A stretch of DNA of 64,000 nt from Blastocatellia bacterium (GTDB lineage: Bacteria > Acidobacteriota > Blastocatellia > UBA7656), in assembly GCA_035275065.1 (NCBI GenBank), contig DATENM010000023.1, positions 71,215-135,214 on the forward strand, in the 5' to 3' direction. Made by a program: the position numbers and the translations under genes. Below are positions 46,971 through 60,631 of this stretch, in pieces; positions within the stretch are counted from its first letter, which is position 1, and each line of letters opens with the position of its first letter. The notes beneath the pieces are model-generated. The model had not been told where the DNA came from, searched no databases, and worked only from the letters and a program-made list of their open reading frames with translations.

Positions 46971-49900
46971 ATGAAAATGAGAATGCGTTCTGTACTTCTT
47001 ATGCTAGGCAGTGTGGCGATGCTCTGCGTTTTGGCCGCCACTAGCAAGGCGCAGACCAGCGGTGAGATCACCGGTCTGGTAACGGATTCATCGGGCGCGG
47101 CGGTGACGGGCGCTACCGTGACGGTCACCAACAAAGCGACTGGCGCGACGCGCAAAGCGACGACCAACAGCGAAGGACTTTATACCTTCCCATCGCTGCT
47201 GCCCGGCGACTACGAATTGAAAGTCGAGCAAACCGGCTTCAAGGTGGCGCGGCTCGATGACATCAAGCTCGAAGTTCAGCAGACGGCGCGACTGGATGTG
47301 ACGATGGAAGTCGGCGCGGTCGGCGAGATGGTGACGATTAGCGGCAGTGGCGTGCTGCTCAACACCGAAAACTCGACAGTCGGCACCGTGATTGAAAACA
47401 AGATGGTGACGGAATTGCCGCTGAATGGTCGGCAATATCTGAATCTCGTCGCGCTTTCGCCCAACGCCAACGTGCTGGCGCCTGCCGCGGGGCAAGCGGG
47501 CGCCCGTCAGGGCGGCGAGCGCGCCCAGCAAGCGATCTCCGCCGGCGGGCAGCGCATCTTCTTCGATTACTACACGCTCGACGGCGTCAACAACATGGAC
47601 GTGAACTTCAACACCTACGTCGCCCTGCCGTCCATTGACGCGATTCAGGAGTTCAAGGTTCAAATCGGTGTTTATCCGGCGGAGTATGGGCACCAGAGCA
47701 CGCAAGTGAACGTGCTCACCAAGTCGGGGGGCAACGCCTACCACGGCGCGCTCTTTGAATTTCTGCGCAACGACGCGCTGGACGCCAAGCAGTACCAGTT
47801 CACCACCGCCAAGCCGAAGAATCCGTTCAAGTGGAATGACTTCGGCTACGAGTTTGACGGGCCTGTGCGCATCCCCCGCCTCTTCAACGGGCAGGACAGA
47901 CTATTTTTTATGTCCAACTACGAGGCGCTGCGCCGCCGGCAGAGCGTGTTGAACACCTTTACCGTACCGACGTCCAGGATGTTTGCCGGCGACTTCAGCG
48001 AGTTGCTGCCCTCGACGATCATTTACGATCCGAACACGGGACAGCCTTTTCCGGGCAACATCATTCCCACGAACCGGCTCGACCCGATCTCGCTGAAGTT
48101 TTTGAAATACTACAATTCCGCCAGTGTGCTCAGAACCAACAACTACGCGCAGACCAGTTCGCAACCCTTCAACCGGGACGGCTTTGTTCTCAGACTCGAT
48201 TTCATCGAGTCGCCGAAGTCGCAATGGATGGGCCGGTACAACTGGGGCGACGAAAACACCTCCGCGCAAGGTCTCAATCTCGCGGGGACGAAGGTGCTGA
48301 CCAACTACGAACAATACACAGGGTCCAACACGCGGACCTTGACTCCCAACCTCGTCAACGACGCACGGTTCGGCTATACGCGTTTCTTCAACTCGCTTGG
48401 CACCCTGAGCGCCGGCAGTCTGGATGTAATTTCCGACATCGGCATTCCGAACCAGAATCCCGGCGATCCGATCACCTGGGGGATTCCGAACGTTGTATTT
48501 AACGGGGGCGGGTTCACCGCAATCGGCGACGCCAACGACGGCCCATTCGCAATTGACAACAATAGTCTGCAATTCGTTGATAAGTTGTCGTGGATACATG
48601 GCAAGCACACCTTCGCCTTCGGGGGCGAGTACAGCCGGCAAAACTTCAATCAGGTGGGCAACCAGTTCTCACGCGGCGTGTTTACCTTCCAAGCGGGCGC
48701 GACAAAGAATCCTGTGAATGGAACCGGCGGCTTCTCCTTCGCCGAATTCCTGCTCGGGAAACTCTTCGTATCGACCAATGCGGCTGCGGTCGCCAATGCG
48801 AAATTCCAGCGCAACGTCTTCCACACGTTTATTGACGACACCTGGAAGGTCACTCCCAAGCTGACACTGTCGCTGGGCTTGCGATACGAATTGACGCCGC
48901 CCTTCACCAATACGCTGGGCAACTATTTCACGGTGAAGATACCGAAGATCGAGTTTATTGCTAATGCTCCGCAAGCCGACTGGCCATTCTTCGTGCGGCA
49001 GGGCGATGGCTGCACGGATCCGTATAAGGGCCTGGCTATCCATTGGACCAGCACGAAGGCGGTCTGTGGCGGCGGTCTGAACAACAACCTCCGACAGACC
49101 AAATACAAGAACTTCGCGCCGCGCATCGGCATCGCCTACGCGCTCAATGACAAGACCGTGATCCGTACCGGCTTTGGCATCTTCTACATGCAGGACATCG
49201 CCAATGCCGAGTACTTCGACATGGCCCGCAATATCGCGGCCCGCGTCGATCTCACCACGACGCCCGCACTTCCGATAACCTGGAACAATGCGATTCCCGG
49301 CGGCGGCGGCACCGTCGTTCAGGTGCCGCCGCCGTTTGCGTGGGCAGTCGCTTACGACCACGCGACGCCTTACACCATGCAGTACCTGTTGAGCGTGCAA
49401 CGGCAGCTCGGCAACAACTGGCTAGTGGAAGTGGGCTATCTGGGGTCGCAAAGCCGGCACCTCTACGGCTTCCAAAACATCAACCAGGCGCTGCCGGGCC
49501 CCTTAAGTAGCATCAACTCGCGCCGACCGTTTGCCAACTTCGGGGTGCTCTCCTATGTCAATGATGGGTTCAACGCCAGCTACAACGCCGGCAGCGTGAA
49601 GCTCACACGGCGCTTCGGCCAGGGGCTTAGCTTGAACACGAATTACACCTATGCCAAGTCGATTGACAATGCCAGCGGCACCCGCACACAGGGCCTCGAC
49701 ACACTCTTCCCGCAAGACAGCAGTTGCCTGGCTTGCGAGCGCGGGCTGTCGTCGTTCGATGTTCGCCATCGCTGGGTTCTCGGCGCCGTCTATGAACTGC
49801 CGATAGGCAAAGGCAAGCCGCTGGGCATCAACAACTCAATCGCCGACGCGTTTGTCGGCGGCTGGCAGTTGAGCACGAACACGACGATCCAGAGCGGCGT

Positions 49901-50348
49901 TCCGCAGACCCTCACCATAGGCATCAACAATGCCGGCACCAACAATCCATTACCAGATCGCCCCAGCTACTCAGGCGTAGGCAATGGCTATGCGGCGAGC
50001 CGCACCCCCACACGTTGGCTAGACCCTGCCTCCTTCATCGTGTCGCCCGCCGGCACCTTTGGCAATGTCGGGCGCAATACCATACTCACGCCGCATTTCC
50101 AGTCGATTGACATGGCGTTGGGGAAATACTTCCACATGCCTTACAGCGAACACCATGCCCTACAGTTCCGGCTCGAAGCGTTCAACGTCTTCAACCACCC
50201 TGTGTGGGGCGCGCCGAACGGAAACATTCTGGCGGGGCCGGCATTTCCGGGAGCGCCCGCCAATGCCGCGCATCAGGGCTTCGGCGTCATCAGCTCAACG
50301 GCCATACCGATGCGCCAGATTCAACTGGGGCTGAAGTATTCGTTCTGA
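46971..50348 (+). CDS. TonB-dependent outer-membrane receptor with an N-terminal carboxypeptidase-regulatory-like domain
   Basis: Signal peptide, then TGLVTDSSGAAVTGATVTVTNKATG (CarboxypepD_reg-like), then a plug (ELPLNGRQYLNLV) and a 1125-aa beta-barrel ending in an aromatic residue (...KYSF). Confidence 0.85.
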   Translation: MKMRMRSVLLMLGSVAMLCVLAATSKAQTSGEITGLVTDSSGAAVTGATVTVTNKATGATRKATTNSEGLYTFPSLLPGDYELKVEQTGFKVARLDDIKLEVQQTARLDVTMEVGAVGEMVTISGSGVLLNTENSTVGTVIENKMVTELPLNGRQYLNLVALSPNANVLAPAAGQAGARQGGERAQQAISAGGQRIFFDYYTLDGVNNMDVNFNTYVALPSIDAIQEFKVQIGVYPAEYGHQSTQVNVLTKSGGNAYHGALFEFLRNDALDAKQYQFTTAKPKNPFKWNDFGYEFDGPVRIPRLFNGQDRLFFMSNYEALRRRQSVLNTFTVPTSRMFAGDFSELLPSTIIYDPNTGQPFPGNIIPTNRLDPISLKFLKYYNSASVLRTNNYAQTSSQPFNRDGFVLRLDFIESPKSQWMGRYNWGDENTSAQGLNLAGTKVLTNYEQYTGSNTRTLTPNLVNDARFGYTRFFNSLGTLSAGSLDVISDIGIPNQNPGDPITWGIPNVVFNGGGFTAIGDANDGPFAIDNNSLQFVDKLSWIHGKHTFAFGGEYSRQNFNQVGNQFSRGVFTFQAGATKNPVNGTGGFSFAEFLLGKLFVSTNAAAVANAKFQRNVFHTFIDDTWKVTPKLTLSLGLRYELTPPFTNTLGNYFTVKIPKIEFIANAPQADWPFFVRQGDGCTDPYKGLAIHWTSTKAVCGGGLNNNLRQTKYKNFAPRIGIAYALNDKTVIRTGFGIFYMQDIANAEYFDMARNIAARVDLTTTPALPITWNNAIPGGGGTVVQVPPPFAWAVAYDHATPYTMQYLLSVQRQLGNNWLVEVGYLGSQSRHLYGFQNINQALPGPLSSINSRRPFANFGVLSYVNDGFNASYNAGSVKLTRRFGQGLSLNTNYTYAKSIDNASGTRTQGLDTLFPQDSSCLACERGLSSFDVRHRWVLGAVYELPIGKGKPLGINNSIADAFVGGWQLSTNTTIQSGVPQTLTIGINNAGTNNPLPDRPSYSGVGNGYAASRTPTRWLDPASFIVSPAGTFGNVGRNTILTPHFQSIDMALGKYFHMPYSEHHALQFRLEAFNVFNHPVWGAPNGNILAGPAFPGAPANAAHQGFGVISSTAIPMRQIQLGLKYSF

Positions 50349-50619
50349 GCGACGGACGTGAATCAAACGCCGGCAGTAGTCAGAAAGGAGTCTGTGATGC
50401 GGATGGTGAGCATGGCGGCCACAACCGCGTGCTCACCATTTTTTTCAACGTCGCATTGAACTCTGGCTTAATCGCCGTTTATGCTGAACCTCCTGGCCGG
50501 TTGACACGGCAACTTCACAAAACGAAGACGCAACCTGGGTGAGCACGCACAGCGACTTTCTTGAGAGCTACGGCAACCAGGATTCGCAACGTTGAGCAAA
50601 GCAAGGAACTGTCTCGGCA

Positions 50620-51909
50620 ATGTCTAAACTAAGAGGACTGCGGTGGTGGATGATCGGGCTGATTATGCTCGGCTCGGTCATCAACTACTTGACGCGCAGC
50701 ACGCTCTCGGTCGCCGCGCCGACGCTGCTCGAAGACCTGAAGATCGGCACTGAGCAGTATTCCTGGGTCGTCGGCACGTTTCAAGGCGCGATCATGCTGC
50801 AACCGCTCTGCGGTTACGTGCTTGATGTAATTGGGCTGAAGCGTGGCTACGCGCTATTCGCTGCCGCCTGGTCGCTCATCAGCATGGGGCACGGACTGGC
50901 GCACAACTGGCAAACGCTCGCCGGCCTGCGCGGGCTGCTGGGGTTGGCCGAAGGCTCGGCGAACCCCGCTGGGATGAAGGCAACGGCGGAGTGGTTCCCT
51001 GCCAATGAGCGCGGGCTCGCAGGCGGCGTCTACAACATCGGCGCTTCGTTCGGCTCGATGCTCGCGCCGCCGCTGGTCGCGTGGGCGATCTTGCAATATA
51101 ACTGGCAATCGGCCTTCGTGATGACAGGGGCGTTGGGCTTGGTCTGGGTAGCCGTGTGGCTGTGGCTCTATCACCCACCGGAGAAACACCCCTCGCTTTC
51201 CTCAGCCGAGTTCGACTACATCGCCGCCGGGCAGGAGAAGCATTTGCAGCACGACGGCACGCGGCCCGCGATGCTCGCGCTGCTCAGGCGGCGAAATTTC
51301 TGGGGCATCGCGCTGCCGCGTTTTCTAGCTGACCCGGCCTGGGGAACGCTGACATTCTGGATGCCGCTCTACCTCGCGCAGACGCGCGGCTGGGATTTGA
51401 AGCAGATCGCGCTCTTCGCGTGGCTGCCGTTTCTGGCGGCAGACATCGGCTGCGTTTTTGGCGGCACGTTCAGCCTGTGGTTGCAAAAGTACTGGCGCAT
51501 CAGCCTCATTGACGCGCGGCGCGCGGCCTTCACGCTCGGCGCTGTTATGATGCTTGGTGTCGGCTTCGTCGGCTTTGTACAAAGCCCATATGCCGCGATT
51601 GCGCTACTTAGCCTCGCCGGCTTCGCCCATCAGACGTTGTCCGTAACCGTGATCACGATGTCGTCGGATCTGTTCAAGAAGAACGAAGTCGCGACGGTCG
51701 CAGGGATGGCGGGCACGTTCGGCAACGCCGGGCTGCTGATCTTTTCGCTGCTGATCGGCGCGCTGGTGACGAAGATCGGCTACGCGCCGTTTTTCATTTG
51801 TCTCGGCTTGCTTGATGTCATCGGCGCGGTGATCTTGTGGACCGTGGTCAGAACGGATGTGAAGGCAGCCGAAGCGGTCGGGGAAGCAGCCGAAGCGGTC
51901 GGGATTTGA
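50620..51909 (+). CDS. MFS transporter (anion:cation symporter / hexuronate-like subfamily)
   Basis: 429 aa with about 12 predicted TM helices and the motif GLRGLLGLAEGSANPAG. Confidence 0.8.
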   Translation: MSKLRGLRWWMIGLIMLGSVINYLTRSTLSVAAPTLLEDLKIGTEQYSWVVGTFQGAIMLQPLCGYVLDVIGLKRGYALFAAAWSLISMGHGLAHNWQTLAGLRGLLGLAEGSANPAGMKATAEWFPANERGLAGGVYNIGASFGSMLAPPLVAWAILQYNWQSAFVMTGALGLVWVAVWLWLYHPPEKHPSLSSAEFDYIAAGQEKHLQHDGTRPAMLALLRRRNFWGIALPRFLADPAWGTLTFWMPLYLAQTRGWDLKQIALFAWLPFLAADIGCVFGGTFSLWLQKYWRISLIDARRAAFTLGAVMMLGVGFVGFVQSPYAAIALLSLAGFAHQTLSVTVITMSSDLFKKNEVATVAGMAGTFGNAGLLIFSLLIGALVTKIGYAPFFICLGLLDVIGAVILWTVVRTDVKAAEAVGEAAEAVGI

Positions 51910-51922
51910 GAAGGGACTTGCG

Positions 51923-53566
51923 ATGAGTGGCTCGGTTACCGTGATCCAAAACCCCATCCTGCGCGGATTCAATCCCGACCCTTCGATTGTGCGCGTCGGC
52001 GACGATTACTACATCGCCACCTCGACCTTTGAATGGTTCCCCGGCGTGCAGATTCATCACTCGCGTGACCTCATACACTGGCGATTGCTGACGCGCCCGC
52101 TCTGCCGTCCGAGCCAGTTGAATATGATCGGCGACCCGGACTCCTGCGGCGTATGGGCGCCATGTTTGTCATATGATGGTGAGTTATTTTACCTGATCTA
52201 CACCGACGTCAAACGCTACGGGCGCACATCCGCTACGGGCAGCGTCGGCGCGGGCTTGCGCGACATGCACAACTACCTGGTGACCTCTCCGGCGATTGAC
52301 GGCGAGTGGTCGGACCCTGTCTATCTGAACAGCAGCGGCTTCGACCCGTCGTTGTTTCACGATACGGACGGGCGAAAATATTTGGTGAACATGCTCTGGG
52401 ATCACCGACCCGGCAAGAACCGGTTCGGCGGCATCGTGCTCGAAGAGTACTCGACCGCCGAACATCAGTTGATCGGCGAGCGGCACAACATCTTCACAGG
52501 GACAGCTATCGGCTTCACCGAAGCGCCGCACCTCTACAAACGTAACGGGTATTACTACCTGATCACAGCCGAGGGCGGCACAGGCTGGGGACACGCAGTG
52601 ACGATGGCGCGTTCGCGCGAATTGCTGGGGCCATATGAGCTGCACCCCGATACGTACATCCTGACGGCGCGCAACCGACCGGATGCGGAACTGCAACGGG
52701 CAGGGCACGCCGACCTCGTCGAGACGCAGCACGGCGACACCTACATGGTTTATCTCTGCGGTCGCCCGCTGCGCAATCGCGGGCGCTGCGTGCTAGGTCG
52801 CGAGACAGCCATTCAACGCATGCGATGGGGCGCGGACGACTGGCTCTACACAGAGGACGGCGACGCCTTCCCGCAACGCGAAACCGCCGCGCCTGATTTA
52901 CCGCCGCACACGCTTACGCCCGCGCCGGCGCGCAAAGATTTCGACGTCCCCGTGCTACCCATCGAGTTTCAATGGCTGCGCTCGCCCTGGCCGGATGAGC
53001 TGTTCAGCCTGACGGCGCGGCCCGGCTACTTGCGTTTGTTCGGGCGCGAGACGACCGGCAGCCTCTTCCGCCAATCCCTTGTCGCGCGGCGGCAACAAGC
53101 CCACTGCTACAGCGCCGCGACGGTCGTCGAGTTCGAGCCGCAACACTACCAGCAACAGGCCGGGCTTATCTGCTACTACAACGGCTCCAAGTTCCATTAC
53201 CTTTACGTCTCGACGGATGAGACGGGCGGCAAGCACCTCCGCGTAATGACGTGCCACCCGGAGTTGCCAGACACATTCACCACGCCGATTCCCATTGCCT
53301 CAGGCATACCCGTCCATCTGCGTGTAGAGGTGGATTACGAGCGGCTGCGCTTCGCCTTTCGCGTCGGCGGCGATGAGTGGCAGTGGCTGCTGGAGCAGTT
53401 CGACGCGAGTATCTTGTCGGATGAAGCCGGCCCACCCACGGTCCCGAATTTCACCGGCGCGTTTGTCGGGATGTGCTGTCAGGACTTGGCCGGCACAGGG
53501 CGTCCGGCGGACTTCGACTACTTTGAATATCGCGAGCGTGAATTCTCCGCCGCGCTTCTGCCTTAG
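51923..53566 (+). CDS. Glycoside hydrolase family 43 beta-xylosidase / alpha-L-arabinofuranosidase
   Basis: NPILRGFNPDPSIVRVGDDYYIATSTFEWFPGV is the classic GH43 XynB-type N-terminus. 547 aa including the C-terminal beta-sandwich. Confidence 0.85.
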   Translation: MSGSVTVIQNPILRGFNPDPSIVRVGDDYYIATSTFEWFPGVQIHHSRDLIHWRLLTRPLCRPSQLNMIGDPDSCGVWAPCLSYDGELFYLIYTDVKRYGRTSATGSVGAGLRDMHNYLVTSPAIDGEWSDPVYLNSSGFDPSLFHDTDGRKYLVNMLWDHRPGKNRFGGIVLEEYSTAEHQLIGERHNIFTGTAIGFTEAPHLYKRNGYYYLITAEGGTGWGHAVTMARSRELLGPYELHPDTYILTARNRPDAELQRAGHADLVETQHGDTYMVYLCGRPLRNRGRCVLGRETAIQRMRWGADDWLYTEDGDAFPQRETAAPDLPPHTLTPAPARKDFDVPVLPIEFQWLRSPWPDELFSLTARPGYLRLFGRETTGSLFRQSLVARRQQAHCYSAATVVEFEPQHYQQQAGLICYYNGSKFHYLYVSTDETGGKHLRVMTCHPELPDTFTTPIPIASGIPVHLRVEVDYERLRFAFRVGGDEWQWLLEQFDASILSDEAGPPTVPNFTGAFVGMCCQDLAGTGRPADFDYFEYREREFSAALLP

Positions 53567-53585
53567 TTTTCAAGAGAGGACATTG

Positions 53586-54488
53586 ATGACACCTACCAGA
53601 TTCTTTCGCGCCATAATGAAAAAAATCCTGACGCTAGCCATCTTCATCCTGGTGATAAGCATAACTGGCGCTCCGTCTGCCCAGTCCCCTGCTGATTGGA
53701 CCGAACCATTTCCGCCCTTCAAGATCGCCGGGAATCTCTACTATGTTGGAAGCCGTGGCCTCGCCAACTATCTGATCACGACGCCGCAGGGACACATCCT
53801 GATCAACAGCGATCTTGAGGAGAACGTCCCGCTTATCCGCGCGAGCGTCGAGAGGCTCGGATTCAAGTTCACAGACATCAAGGTCCTGCTCATCAGCCAC
53901 GCGCACTGGGATCACGACGCTGCGAGCGACACCATCAAGAAGCTGACCGGCGCGAAGTACATGGTTATGGATACGGACGTGCCGGTCGTTGAATCGGGCG
54001 GCAAGGCGGACTTTCAGTATGGCAACGATGCAACGACCTTCTACAAGCCCACGAAGGTAGATCGCGTGCTGCACGATGGCGATGAGGTCAAGCTAGGGAA
54101 CACCGTACTGATGGCGCACCTCACGCCCGGCCACACGAAGGGTTGTACGACATGGACGATGAAGGTGCAGGAGGCAGGTAAGACCTACAACGTTGTGATC
54201 ATCGGCAGTCCCAACGTGAATCCCGGCTACCGGCTGGTGAACAACTCGGCCTATCCGCAGATTGCGGCGGATTACGAAAAGACCTTCCGCGTCTTGAAGT
54301 CCTTGCCGTGTGACATTTTTCTCGGTGCGCATGGCAACTACTTCGATCTCGAAACGAAATACGCGCGGCTGAAAGAGGTCGGCCTTGCCGCCTTCGTTGA
54401 TCCTGTGGGCTACAAGAATTACGTGGCCGACAGAGAAGAAACTTTCAAGGTCGAACTCGCAAAGCAAAGAGCCGCTCTGCCAAGATGA
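53586..54488 (+). CDS. Subclass B3 metallo-beta-lactamase-fold hydrolase with a signal peptide
   Basis: HAHWDH is a B3-type HxHxDH zinc motif. GHTKGCTTW and GAHG follow downstream. The signal peptide is MKKILTLAIFILVISI. Preceded by an AGAGAGGA RBS. Confidence 0.7.
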   Translation: MTPTRFFRAIMKKILTLAIFILVISITGAPSAQSPADWTEPFPPFKIAGNLYYVGSRGLANYLITTPQGHILINSDLEENVPLIRASVERLGFKFTDIKVLLISHAHWDHDAASDTIKKLTGAKYMVMDTDVPVVESGGKADFQYGNDATTFYKPTKVDRVLHDGDEVKLGNTVLMAHLTPGHTKGCTTWTMKVQEAGKTYNVVIIGSPNVNPGYRLVNNSAYPQIAADYEKTFRVLKSLPCDIFLGAHGNYFDLETKYARLKEVGLAAFVDPVGYKNYVADREETFKVELAKQRAALPR

Positions 54489-54571
54489 CCCATGAATGGA
54501 TGGGGTGGTATAACAACGTGGTCGGCGCGCGGAGCGGATTTCTGATGGTGACTTTGCGCCAGGGGTAAGGT

Positions 54572-55247
54572 ATGTCGAACGATTCGGGAGGTGAGCGAGA
54601 GTTGAGTTCTGAGGCCGTCTTCGACTCGGATGTCGAAAATGTTTGTCGGGTCGTGACGGCAGTGCCGGGGCCGCGCGGACAACTGCCCATCACGGCGGAA
54701 GACCTGATTGGCCGTCCCAGCGGCGACATCTTCGGCTGGACACAGGATGTCGGGATGGGTTGGAATCCAGCGCAGCTACGACGTCCCGAAGTCCTGATCC
54801 TGAGCACGCAGGGCGGCATACGCCTGCCCGACGGCACGCCCCTCGCGCTCGGCTATCATACGGGACATTACGAAGTCGGATTGCTGATGCAGGCCGCCGC
54901 CGAAGAGTTACGCCGGCAAGGCTGCATCCCTTTCGCGGGCTACTGCACAGACTATCGGCAAGGTGCGTGACGGCGATCTGATCCGCGTCGTAATAGACCC
55001 GATCAAGCTGGAGGGAAGCATTGATCTGGTTGAAGCGCGCGGGCCGAATGACTACGTGCCGGCTGAGGCGATGTTAGCGGCAAGGATGCCGCGCCCTGAC
55101 TTACGGCCTGACGCGGCTCTGCCCGCCGACACGAGACTGTGGGCGGCGCTCCAGAATGCGAGCGGAGGCCCGTGGCGTGGCAGCGTCTATGATGTTGACC
55201 GAATCGTTCGCGTCATCGAAGCGGGACTGCGCGCGCTGGACTCTTAA
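54572..55247 (+). pseudogene. Xylonate / L-arabinonate dehydratase (IlvD/EDD family, YjhG/YagF-like) with a large internal deletion
   Basis: The N-terminal 132 aa (...[34 protein letters not shown]...[14 protein letters not shown]) match the YjhG N-terminus. The 94-aa frame 54963-55247 ([10 protein letters not shown]...[29 protein letters not shown]) matches the YjhG C-terminus. The middle ~400 aa, which carry the catalytic core, are absent, and the two pieces are in different frames. Confidence 0.65.
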
Positions 55248-55293
55248 CCGGGCGCTTGCTCAAGCAGCGGCTAATCAATTGGAGAATGCGACA

Positions 55294-56124
55294 GTGAAAA
55301 TCTACCGAGTAAAAGATGGCGTCATCATTCAAGACGGCACGAGTGCTTACTCATTCGAGACTGACTGGGACGAGCTAATCAACCGCGAAGACCTCTCCGG
55401 TTACTTGCACAATCTACTCGGCACTGCCGGCTTGCCTTCAGTGGGCAGCGATTTCAGCGAAAAGATTCTGCCGCCGATTGTCAGCCAGGAAGTCTGGGCG
55501 GCGGGTGTCACTTACTACCGAAGCCGCGCGGCGCGCATTGAGGAATCGCAAGATGCGGGCGGCGGCGACTTCTACGACCGCGTCTACATGGCGGAGCGCC
55601 CGGAGCTCTTCTTCAAGGCGACCGCGCACCGTGTCGCAGGCCACGGCGGGGCTGTGCGCATACGCCAGGATTCACACTGGAACGTGCCCGAACCGGAACT
55701 CACGCTCGTCGTCACGCGCACGGGTAAGATCGTCGGCTACACCATCGGCAACGACATGAGTTCGCGCGACATAGAGGGCGCGAACCCGCTCTACCTGCCG
55801 CAGGCCAAAGTCTATGACCGTAGCTGCGCGCTCGGCCCTTGCATCCTCGTCGCGGAAGAACGGCTTCCCGCCGCGACCGAAACCAAGCTGCGCATCGGGC
55901 GCGCAGGCCGTACGGTCTTCGCGGGGGAGACGACGCTCGCGCAGCTCAAGCGCACGCCTGAGTCGCTGGTCGAATTTCTCTTTCGCGACAACTCGTTCCC
56001 GCAAGGCTGCTTCCTGCTGACGGGTACGGGTATCGTCCCGCCCGACGATTTCACTTTGCAGCCGGGCGACGAGATCAGCATCACCATCGAACCCATCGGC
56101 ACGCTCGCGAGCGTCGTCGAATAG
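55294..56124 (+). CDS. Fumarylacetoacetate-hydrolase-family protein, probable 2-keto-3-deoxy-xylonate/arabinonate dehydratase (Weimberg pathway)
   Basis: FAH-fold motifs: ...[17 protein letters not shown]...GTGIVPPDD... A GTG start with a GGAGAA RBS is preferred over the upstream ATG at 55156, which would overlap the pseudogene. Confidence 0.6.
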   Translation: MKIYRVKDGVIIQDGTSAYSFETDWDELINREDLSGYLHNLLGTAGLPSVGSDFSEKILPPIVSQEVWAAGVTYYRSRAARIEESQDAGGGDFYDRVYMAERPELFFKATAHRVAGHGGAVRIRQDSHWNVPEPELTLVVTRTGKIVGYTIGNDMSSRDIEGANPLYLPQAKVYDRSCALGPCILVAEERLPAATETKLRIGRAGRTVFAGETTLAQLKRTPESLVEFLFRDNSFPQGCFLLTGTGIVPPDDFTLQPGDEISITIEPIGTLASVVE

Positions 56125-56149
56125 CCGCCGCGCGCAGGAGTTCTAACAT

Positions 56150-58959
<2,810 letters not shown>

Positions 58960-59011
58960 GCCGCTCAATAAAGGTTGCGGCATTGAATCAGAAGACTAAG
59001 ACCGAAAGGAA

Positions 59012-60595
59012 TTGCTTGTCATGCGTGTACGTCTTGTCAGTTTCGCTCTGATCATTGTGATCTTAATTGCACCCTTCGCAGTCGCTCAAAAGGTTGACCT
59101 GAACGTTGATGCATCCAAGGCCGGGGCGAAGATCGACCGCCATATCTTCGGCCAGTTCGCCGAGCATCTCGGCCACGGCGTTTACGAAGGTATATGGGTC
59201 GGCCCGGGTTCCTCAATTCCCAACACTCGCGGCATCCGCAACGACGTTGTGGCCGCGCTCAAAGCCATCAAGGTGCCGAACGTGCGCTGGCCCGGCGGCT
59301 GCTTCGCCGACGAATACCACTGGCGTAAAGGCATCGGCCCGCAGCGGCCAGAGACGCTCAATCCCAACTGGGGCGGCGTTATCGAGCCGAACACGTTCGG
59401 CACTCACGAGTTCATGGATTTCCTCGACCAGATCGGTGCTGAAGCCTACCTCTCAGTTAATGTCGGCTCCGGTACTCCGCAAGAAGCTGCCGAGTGGTTG
59501 GAGTACCTGACCACAGCGCAGCCGACCGCGCTTGCCAGGGAGCGCACCGCCAATGGTCACCCGGCTCCTTACCGTGTCGCCTTCCTCGGCATCGGCAACG
59601 AAAGCTGGGATTGCGGCGGCAACATGACGCCCGACTACTACCTGAGCCAGCTCAAGCTCTACAGCCGCTTCGTCAGGAATTATAATCCCGCGCAGCAGGA
59701 CAACCAACAGATGCTCAAGATCGCCGTCGGCCCGGGCGGCGGCGAGCCGCGCTTCAACGAATGGACCGAAGCCGTCATGAAGGCATGGCAGAATCACCAG
59801 TGGAGTTGGGATATACAAGGTCTATCGCTGCACAGCTACACGGTTTTGAACTGGGAGAAGAAGTTCGCATCCGTCGGCTTCGGTGAGGCCGAATACAGTC
59901 AGATACTCAAGGGCACATTAGAGATGGAAGGGCTTGTCAGTAAGCACGCGGCCATCATGGACAAGTACGATCCGCAAAAAAAAGTCGCCCTTGTGGTGGA
60001 TGAATGGGGCGCGTGGTATGCGCCTTTGCCCGGCAGCAATCCGGGCTTTCTGGTCCAGCAGAACAGTCTGCGTGACGCGATACTTGCGGCACTCAACCTC
60101 AACATCTTCGTTCGACATGCCGAGCGCGTGCGCATGGCCAACATCGCGCAGATGATCAATGTCCTGCAAGCGATGATTCTGACCGATAAAGAGAAGATGG
60201 TGCTAACGCCGACCTATTACGTCTACAAGATGTACGTGCCGTTTCAGGATGCCACGTTCGTGCCGGTCACGTTCAGCGCCGGCAGCTACACTCACGGCGG
60301 CATCACGTTGCCGCGCGTGGACGCCATCGCCGCCAAAGACAAAGCCGGCAAGCTATGGCTTGAAATCACCAATGTCGATCCCAATCAAGCAGTCGAGATC
60401 GAGGTCGCCTTGGCCGGCATCACGCCGAAATCGGCAGCCGGGGAAACACTGACCGCGCCCAGAGTCGATAGCGTGAACCGCTTTGACGCACCGCATACGG
60501 TCGTGCCGAAACCCATCTCGGCGAAGGTGCAGGGTGGCAAGCTGACTCTGAGACTAGAACCCAAGTCGGTGACCGTGATCTCTGTCGAGCAATGA
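59012..60595 (+). CDS. Glycoside hydrolase family 51 alpha-L-arabinofuranosidase
   Basis: DRHIFGQFAEHLG....VRWPGGCFADEYHW is the GH51 AbfA signature. Signal peptide present. 527 aa. Confidence 0.85.
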   Translation: MLVMRVRLVSFALIIVILIAPFAVAQKVDLNVDASKAGAKIDRHIFGQFAEHLGHGVYEGIWVGPGSSIPNTRGIRNDVVAALKAIKVPNVRWPGGCFADEYHWRKGIGPQRPETLNPNWGGVIEPNTFGTHEFMDFLDQIGAEAYLSVNVGSGTPQEAAEWLEYLTTAQPTALARERTANGHPAPYRVAFLGIGNESWDCGGNMTPDYYLSQLKLYSRFVRNYNPAQQDNQQMLKIAVGPGGGEPRFNEWTEAVMKAWQNHQWSWDIQGLSLHSYTVLNWEKKFASVGFGEAEYSQILKGTLEMEGLVSKHAAIMDKYDPQKKVALVVDEWGAWYAPLPGSNPGFLVQQNSLRDAILAALNLNIFVRHAERVRMANIAQMINVLQAMILTDKEKMVLTPTYYVYKMYVPFQDATFVPVTFSAGSYTHGGITLPRVDAIAAKDKAGKLWLEITNVDPNQAVEIEVALAGITPKSAAGETLTAPRVDSVNRFDAPHTVVPKPISAKVQGGKLTLRLEPKSVTVISVEQ

Positions 60596-60631
60596 TGCAC
60601 GACCGCACGTGAAGTGGACTGGAGGTTTGCA

